A stretch of 64,000 nucleotides of DNA from Candidatus Latescibacterota bacterium (GTDB taxonomy: Bacteria; Latescibacterota; UBA2968; UBA8231): the NCBI GenBank assembly GCA_965223905.1, contig CBDCXV010000005.1, forward strand, positions 27,070-91,069, given 5' to 3'. Under the pieces are notes generated by a model. That model had not been told where the DNA came from, made no database searches, and worked only from the letters and a program-made list of their open reading frames with translations. Positions 59,541-64,000 of the stretch are shown one piece after another (positions within the stretch are counted from its first letter, which is position 1; every line of letters begins with the position of its first letter). The translations under genes were made by a program, and so were the position numbers.

Positions 59541-59670
59541 ACAGCAGGTTGGCCTGCGGCAGGGAGCTGGAGCGCTCGCCGGTGGCGCTGCCCGACGCGC
59601 GGACCCGCTGCAGGTCGGCGAAGTAGTGCTCGACCGCCGCGGTCAGGCGAACGGTAGTCTTGATTGCCAT
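59541..59670 (-). pseudogene. Second, shorter 5' remnant of the same Type ISP-like R-M gene
   Basis: RLTAAVEHYFADLQRVRASGSATGERSS..ANLL is a diverged direct repeat of 58921-59047. Confidence 0.75.
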
Positions 59671-59810
59671 GCGTCAGGTCTCACTTGAACTCCCCCCCGG
59701 TGCTCCTGTACCATAGACCTGTTTCTACCCGAGTGGGAGAGAGATGTCGGAGTCCAGTCCGGATTGGCTTGTGTTCGTCAGCCAGGCACCCGCACAAAGG
59801 TGGTGGAACA

Positions 59811-60224
59811 ATGAGCGAATCGCCACGAGTCTTCATATCGCATATCCATTCGGACAGCGATTGGGTCCGCAGCTTCGTCGACCAGCTACTCAGTGCCGGA
59901 CAAGAGAACGTCTGGTGCTTTGAACGAGAAGTCGCTGTGGGCGAGCCGTGGGCAGACAAGGTTGAGAATGGTCTGCGGACCAGCGAATACATAGTACTCG
60001 TCGTCAGCCCGGGGAGCATTAATTCGTCCTGGTTCAACTTTGAGCTGGGTGCCTCCCTGGGCATGGGCAAGAAGGTAATCCCCATCGTGGCCAAGGAATT
60101 GAAGGCCGGCGATCTTCCAGGTCCGCTCAGGGCAATGCGCTACATCTTTATGGACAGCCCCGAGGACGCGGCCCGAGAGGTTGTCCATACGCTGGAAGCG
60201 ACGGCGAAGAGCGCTTCAACTTGA
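59811..60224 (+). CDS. Stand-alone TIR-domain protein (TIR_2)
   Basis: RVFISH..SD, GEPW..KVENGL..S...VLVVSP.S..S.W..FELG..VIPI; the putative catalytic Glu is present. Confidence 0.88.
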   Translation: MSESPRVFISHIHSDSDWVRSFVDQLLSAGQENVWCFEREVAVGEPWADKVENGLRTSEYIVLVVSPGSINSSWFNFELGASLGMGKKVIPIVAKELKAGDLPGPLRAMRYIFMDSPEDAAREVVHTLEATAKSAST

Positions 60225-60303
60225 GTCCTCGTCCCCCTTGGTCGGCGGCTGCCGGGGCGGGAAAGCGTCGGGCAATCGATGAACTGATTGAGAGGTGTTT
60301 TCG

Positions 60304-61413
60304 ATGATTGGAAAAATTGAGCTGCGAAATTTCAAGTGCTTCGAAAGTCTTTCGTTGACCTGTTCCCCGCTGACTTTGTTGTGCGGAATGAACGGAACGG
60401 GGAAGAGCAGCTTGCTCCAGGCCTTGCTTGTCCTGCGGCAATCCTTTGCAGCCGGTGAACTTCCGAAGGGAAGGCTGATCCTGAGCGGCGAACTTGCGGA
60501 TCTGGGCACCGGAAACGACGTGCTCTTCGAGGAGGCTGAAACCGATGCGGTGGAAATCGAGCTTCATCGTGACGATGCTCCAACCCCTTGCAGCTTCTCT
60601 TTCGATTACTTGAGAGGCGCCGATGAATTGCGGGCCCAAAGCGCTATTTCGTCTACGGAACAAGGATCGGAAATGTTGGCATGGTGGGGGGAGGTTCCGC
60701 CGCTGGGAGGAAACCTGTTCCACGTCGATGCGGAGCGTATGGGTCCGCGGAAGGCTCTCGGCCTGTCGGAGACCTCCGACCGTTTCGGCCATCCCGGTGC
60801 CCTGAACTACCTCCATGCCCGGCAGGAGGAAACCCTGCCGTCGTTCGATCCGCGCTGTCCGGATCTGCCCGACCGGCGGTTGTCCGGGGTATTCCACTAC
60901 TGGCTGCAGGAGGTGACCCCTGGCGCGCATCTTCAACTGGAGAGGACTCGGGATGCCGGGGCTTTAACGTCCGGGTTTACCTTCGACCGTCCCGGCAAGG
61001 GGATAACCAGGCGCTACCGCGACAAGAACTCCGGCTTCGGACTGTCCTGCACGCTGCCGGTGTTGGCGGCCCTGTTGTCGTCCCCCGGGTCGCTCTGTCT
61101 GATCGAAAATCCCGAGGCTCACCTGCATCCCCGGGGCCAGACGAGGTTGGCCGACCTGGCGGTTCGCGCTTCGCTGGCAGGTGTGCAGGTACTCGCCGAA
61201 ACGCACAGCGACCACTTCATGGACGGCGTACGCATAGCCGTTCGTGAGGAGCTGATTCGCCCGGATCAAACAGCGTTCCACTACTTCGAGCGCGAGGGAG
61301 GCGCCACGGTGGTGAGTTCTCCCCAAGTTGATGCCGATGGTCGTCTCTCGTTCTGGCCGGCCGGGTTCTTCGATCAGCATGAGGAGAATCTTGCCCGGCT
61401 GCTCGCTCCATAG
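60304..61413 (+). CDS. AAA/ABC-type ATPase with DUF3696 C-terminus
   Basis: NFKCF, GMNGTGKSS, GFGLS..LPV, IENPEAHLHPRGQ, ETHSDH, WPAGFFDQ. Confidence 0.88.
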   Translation: MIGKIELRNFKCFESLSLTCSPLTLLCGMNGTGKSSLLQALLVLRQSFAAGELPKGRLILSGELADLGTGNDVLFEEAETDAVEIELHRDDAPTPCSFSFDYLRGADELRAQSAISSTEQGSEMLAWWGEVPPLGGNLFHVDAERMGPRKALGLSETSDRFGHPGALNYLHARQEETLPSFDPRCPDLPDRRLSGVFHYWLQEVTPGAHLQLERTRDAGALTSGFTFDRPGKGITRRYRDKNSGFGLSCTLPVLAALLSSPGSLCLIENPEAHLHPRGQTRLADLAVRASLAGVQVLAETHSDHFMDGVRIAVREELIRPDQTAFHYFEREGGATVVSSPQVDADGRLSFWPAGFFDQHEENLARLLAP

Positions 61414-61433
61414 CATCCTCGGATACCGGACGC

Positions 61434-61730
61434 ATGAAACTTGATGAAATCCAGGCCTTGGCCGCTGACGGCGAATCGGAGACGCTGGAACTGAAGCTCA
61501 GCACCGGGGAGTTGCGTACCGGGGTGAGAACCGCATGCGCCATGCTGAACCATCGCGGCGGCACGGTCCTGTTCGGCGCGCAAGCGGATGGCAAGGTAAT
61601 CGGACACTCGGCCTGGCGATGTGTGAGGGCCATGGCCGAAGTGCGCGGTGGAAGCGCCAATAGTCCCTTTCCGCCATGGATTCGGCTCATTCTGTCTTAT
61701 TCCGTCCCATTCCGGAACCGGATTCTTTGA
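61434..61730 (+). pseudogene. Truncated Schlafen/AlbA_2 DNA-binding-domain gene
   Basis: GESETLELK.ST...CAMLN..GG.VLFG..DG..IG, then recognisable similarity is lost after about 58 codons. Confidence 0.7.
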
Positions 61731-61803
61731 GAACGATATAAGCAAAGTAAAATCAATCAGTTATGAATGTTCTGTCTTATTCTGTCCCATTCTGTCTTAT
61801 TTC
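61689..61803. repeat. Two clusters of 10-bp direct repeats flanking an IHF-consensus site
   Basis: TCTGTCTTAT-TCCGTCCCAT (61691-61710) and TCTGTCTTAT-TCTGTCCCAT-TCTGTCTTAT (61771-61800); AATCAATCAGTTA (61751-61763) matches WATCAANNNNTTR. Confidence 0.75.
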
Positions 61804-61888
61804 ATCACGAACTCAGGTCGTTCTTCCAACCCGGGAGCTTCCGCAGCGTGCCCGCAGCCGCGCCCGTGGCGACGGTCGCATTGATGCA

Positions 61889-61916
61889 CCAGCCTGTCCA
61901 AATCTGGACAGGCTGG
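61889..61916. repeat. Perfect 12-bp inverted repeat (operator or hairpin)
   Basis: CCAGCCTGTCCA-AATC-TGGACAGGCTGG, ending 66 nt before ATG 61983. Confidence 0.7.
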
Positions 61917-61982
61917 ACACATCTGGCGGTTCCGCAGTAATGACCAACGACCGCTCCAAAACCAAAGGAGATTCCTGACATC

Positions 61983-62936
61983 ATGGCGTTCAAATACAGC
62001 TTGCAGTGCGACACCCTTCCCTGGGTCGGGTACAACCTCCTCGAGGAACCGGATGTGGTTCTGCAGGCCGCCGCGGAAGCGGGGTACGACGGCGTCGATC
62101 TGCCGGGCAACCCGGAGAAGATGGATGGCCGCGCCTGGCGCCAGCGGGTGGAGGAGGCCGGCCTCGTCGTCCCGGAGGTCCTGGCGGCCTGGGGCTACTA
62201 CCACGCCGGCGAGGAGCGCAACCTCGCCAGCTCCGATCCGGAGACGAGGGCGCGCGCCGTGCAGTACGCACGGGACACTGTAGACCTGGCGGCGGATGCC
62301 GGGGCGAGCTTCACCCAGCTGTGCGCGGCCCAGCCCGCGGTCCCGCAGCTGCCGTTTCCGCTGGAGCCGGTGGAGAGGCTGCGCGACAACTTCAGGCAGT
62401 CGATCCGCGAGGTCTGCGAGCACGCCGCGGGCCGCGGCATCACCATCCTGCTGGAGCCGCTGAACACCTACGAGGGCCTCCCAGGGGTGCTGACGACGAT
62501 CTACGAGGCAGTCAACTACGTCGACGAGCTGGGGCTCGATCTCGGGGTGCAGCCGGACGTCTATCACATGAACGTCGAGGAGGGCTCGATCCCCGACGCC
62601 CTGCGCTACGCCGGGAAGCGGATCAGGCACTTCCATCTCAACGAGACCAACCACTGCCAGCACGGGACCGGCCACGCCGACTACCGGGAGATCTTCCGCA
62701 TCCTCAAGGGGATCGGCTACGACGGGTACCTGTGCACCTACATGCCCAAGACCACGCAGGCGATCCTGCAGAGCGCGCCGGGCAATCCCTACCTGCCGGA
62801 AGGAGCCGCGGCCGGAGGCGGGGGACGTCCCGATCTGGCCGAGGTTCTCAGGGGCCTGCTCGGATTCCTCAAGGAGACGGAGCGCACCGTCGATCAATCC
62901 CGCGAGTTCTACGAGGCGGGCGGCTGGCGGAGCTGA
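61983..62936 (+). CDS. Sugar phosphate isomerase/epimerase (xylose-isomerase-like TIM barrel)
   Basis: GYDGVDL, LLEPLN.YE, DVYHMNVEE, HFHL.E.N...GTGH; AAGGAG RBS. Confidence 0.9.
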   Translation: MAFKYSLQCDTLPWVGYNLLEEPDVVLQAAAEAGYDGVDLPGNPEKMDGRAWRQRVEEAGLVVPEVLAAWGYYHAGEERNLASSDPETRARAVQYARDTVDLAADAGASFTQLCAAQPAVPQLPFPLEPVERLRDNFRQSIREVCEHAAGRGITILLEPLNTYEGLPGVLTTIYEAVNYVDELGLDLGVQPDVYHMNVEEGSIPDALRYAGKRIRHFHLNETNHCQHGTGHADYREIFRILKGIGYDGYLCTYMPKTTQAILQSAPGNPYLPEGAAAGGGGRPDLAEVLRGLLGFLKETERTVDQSREFYEAGGWRS

Positions 62937-62957
62937 CCTCTGCGGAGGCCGCGACCG

Positions 62958-63929
62958 ATGCCCGGTGATCCTGCCAAGATGATCGATTCGACGGAGTTCC
63001 TGGGCGATGCCGCGCGGCTGCGCGAGCGCATGGAGAGCGACGGCTACCTGTTCTTTCTGCGGCTGGTCGGCGCGGACCGGGCCACCGCGGTCAAGCGGGA
63101 CATCATGGCCATCCTGCGGGAGCGGTTCATCATCGAGGAGGACGGCGCCCCCGACCCGGTGTGGAGCGGGGGACCGCAGCCGACCGAGGCGGAGTACATG
63201 GCCGTGTACGACCGCATCGTCCGCCTCGAGTCGTTCCGCGAGCTGGCCACATCCCCGGAAGTCGTCGCCCTCCTCGAGGCGGTGTGCGCGGGGCCGGTCC
63301 AGGTCTGGGAGCAGCAGCTGATCCGCATCGTCTACCCCGACCCGGAATCCGAGGCTGCCCAGGGAGTCGGCGCCCACCAGGACGGCGACCCGAAGCTGGG
63401 GTACAGGGCCGGCCGCTTCTACACCTGCTGGATCTCGCTGATGGAGATCGACGCTGCGGTTGGAGGGCTCGCTGTCGCTCCGGGATCGCACCGGCTGGGG
63501 CTGCTGCAGAGCGCCGGCACCGTCGCCTCCTCCTCCGCCAGGCAGCAGGACCGCCAGACCGGGTACGGCCTCGACCCCTCGGAGCTGTCCTGGGCGACGG
63601 GGGACTTCGTTCCCGGAAGCGCCGTCCTCTTCCACTGCCGCACCGCCCATCGCGGCATGCCGAACCGTTCGGACCGGATCCGGCTCTCCTGCGACTTCCG
63701 CTATCAGCCCGCCGAAGACAGCGCCAGCTGGCTGGCGCACACACCGGGGCCGGAGGTGCGGCGCACGGCGCAGCAGATCGACGAGGTGCTCTCGGGCCGG
63801 GCGCTCTGGGTCACGACCCGGGCGGAACCGGAGCTGATCGGCGAGATCCGCCGGCGCATGCTCGAGGAGCGGAGCACGACCCTGGAGCGCGCCCGCGAGC
63901 TGGCGCGGGAATTGGGAGGAGCCCCGTGA
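62958..63929 (+). CDS. Phytanoyl-CoA dioxygenase (PhyH) family protein
   Basis: DGYLF, HQD, WI.L, PGSH, FH..T.H, R.S.DFRYQ. Confidence 0.9.
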   Translation: MPGDPAKMIDSTEFLGDAARLRERMESDGYLFFLRLVGADRATAVKRDIMAILRERFIIEEDGAPDPVWSGGPQPTEAEYMAVYDRIVRLESFRELATSPEVVALLEAVCAGPVQVWEQQLIRIVYPDPESEAAQGVGAHQDGDPKLGYRAGRFYTCWISLMEIDAAVGGLAVAPGSHRLGLLQSAGTVASSSARQQDRQTGYGLDPSELSWATGDFVPGSAVLFHCRTAHRGMPNRSDRIRLSCDFRYQPAEDSASWLAHTPGPEVRRTAQQIDEVLSGRALWVTTRAEPELIGEIRRRMLEERSTTLERARELARELGGAP

Positions 63930-64000
63930 GCCTGGAGGCGAGCCTTGAGGAGCTGGCGGGGCAGGGGTACACGATCGTCCGGGACGCCCTCTCCGGGCCC
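63926..64000 (+). CDS. 5' start of a further PhyH-like gene, truncated by the window edge
   Basis: GTGA overlap and GGAGG RBS; MSLEASLEELAGQGYTIVRDALS resembles PhyH N-termini. Confidence 0.55.
   Translation, partial: MSLEASLEELAGQGYTIVRDALSGP

Noticed and set aside
61689-61803. CRISPR array
   Set aside because: Repeats are only 10 bp and contiguous, with no unique spacers and no cas genes

Overview
High-GC bacterial DNA. The CotH/FlgD-Ig protein, the TonB receptor + DUF4249 pair and the many PhyH and enolase-superfamily enzymes suggest an FCB-group organism such as Latescibacterota (inference). The window has four parts. (1) 1-20.8 kb: catabolic and housekeeping genes (TAXI-type binding protein, two enolase-superfamily enzymes, MsrAB, GH42, PLP desulfhydrase, FAD oxidoreductase, cupin, HupE/UreJ, CotH, PhyH) plus a small accessory patch with an internally deleted Fic-family gene and a NucS-like nuclease. 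(2) 20.9-36.6 kb: a probably sigma54-controlled MacAB/FtsX-type export operon. It has one adaptor, one ATPase and three tandem pairs of paralogous permeases with hypervariable extracytoplasmic loops, two AT-richer cargo genes, a complete IS1380-family element, and an NtrC-type two-component system. (3) 36.8-41.3 kb: a dehydrogenase, a DUF4249 lipoprotein and a TonB-dependent receptor. (4) 41.4-61.8 kb: a ~20 kb defence island. Its DISARM-related core is a DEAH/DUF1998/endonuclease helicase, a SNF2 helicase and a large frameshifted adenine methyltransferase. The methyltransferase carries an extra ~170-aa C-terminal domain and overlaps a Rad50/SMC-like zinc-hook ABC ATPase gene. Downstream lie a PD-(D/E)xK nuclease, a HEPN/Zn-ribbon protein, decayed Type ISP R-M and PIN remnants, a stand-alone TIR gene, an orphaned DUF3696 ATPase and an att-like repeat/IHF block. 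The best candidate for an undescribed system is the methyltransferase-SMC-nuclease/HEPN coupling; the second is the diversified permease array. No rRNA, tRNA or CRISPR array was recognised. All family calls come from motif recognition by eye, not database searches.
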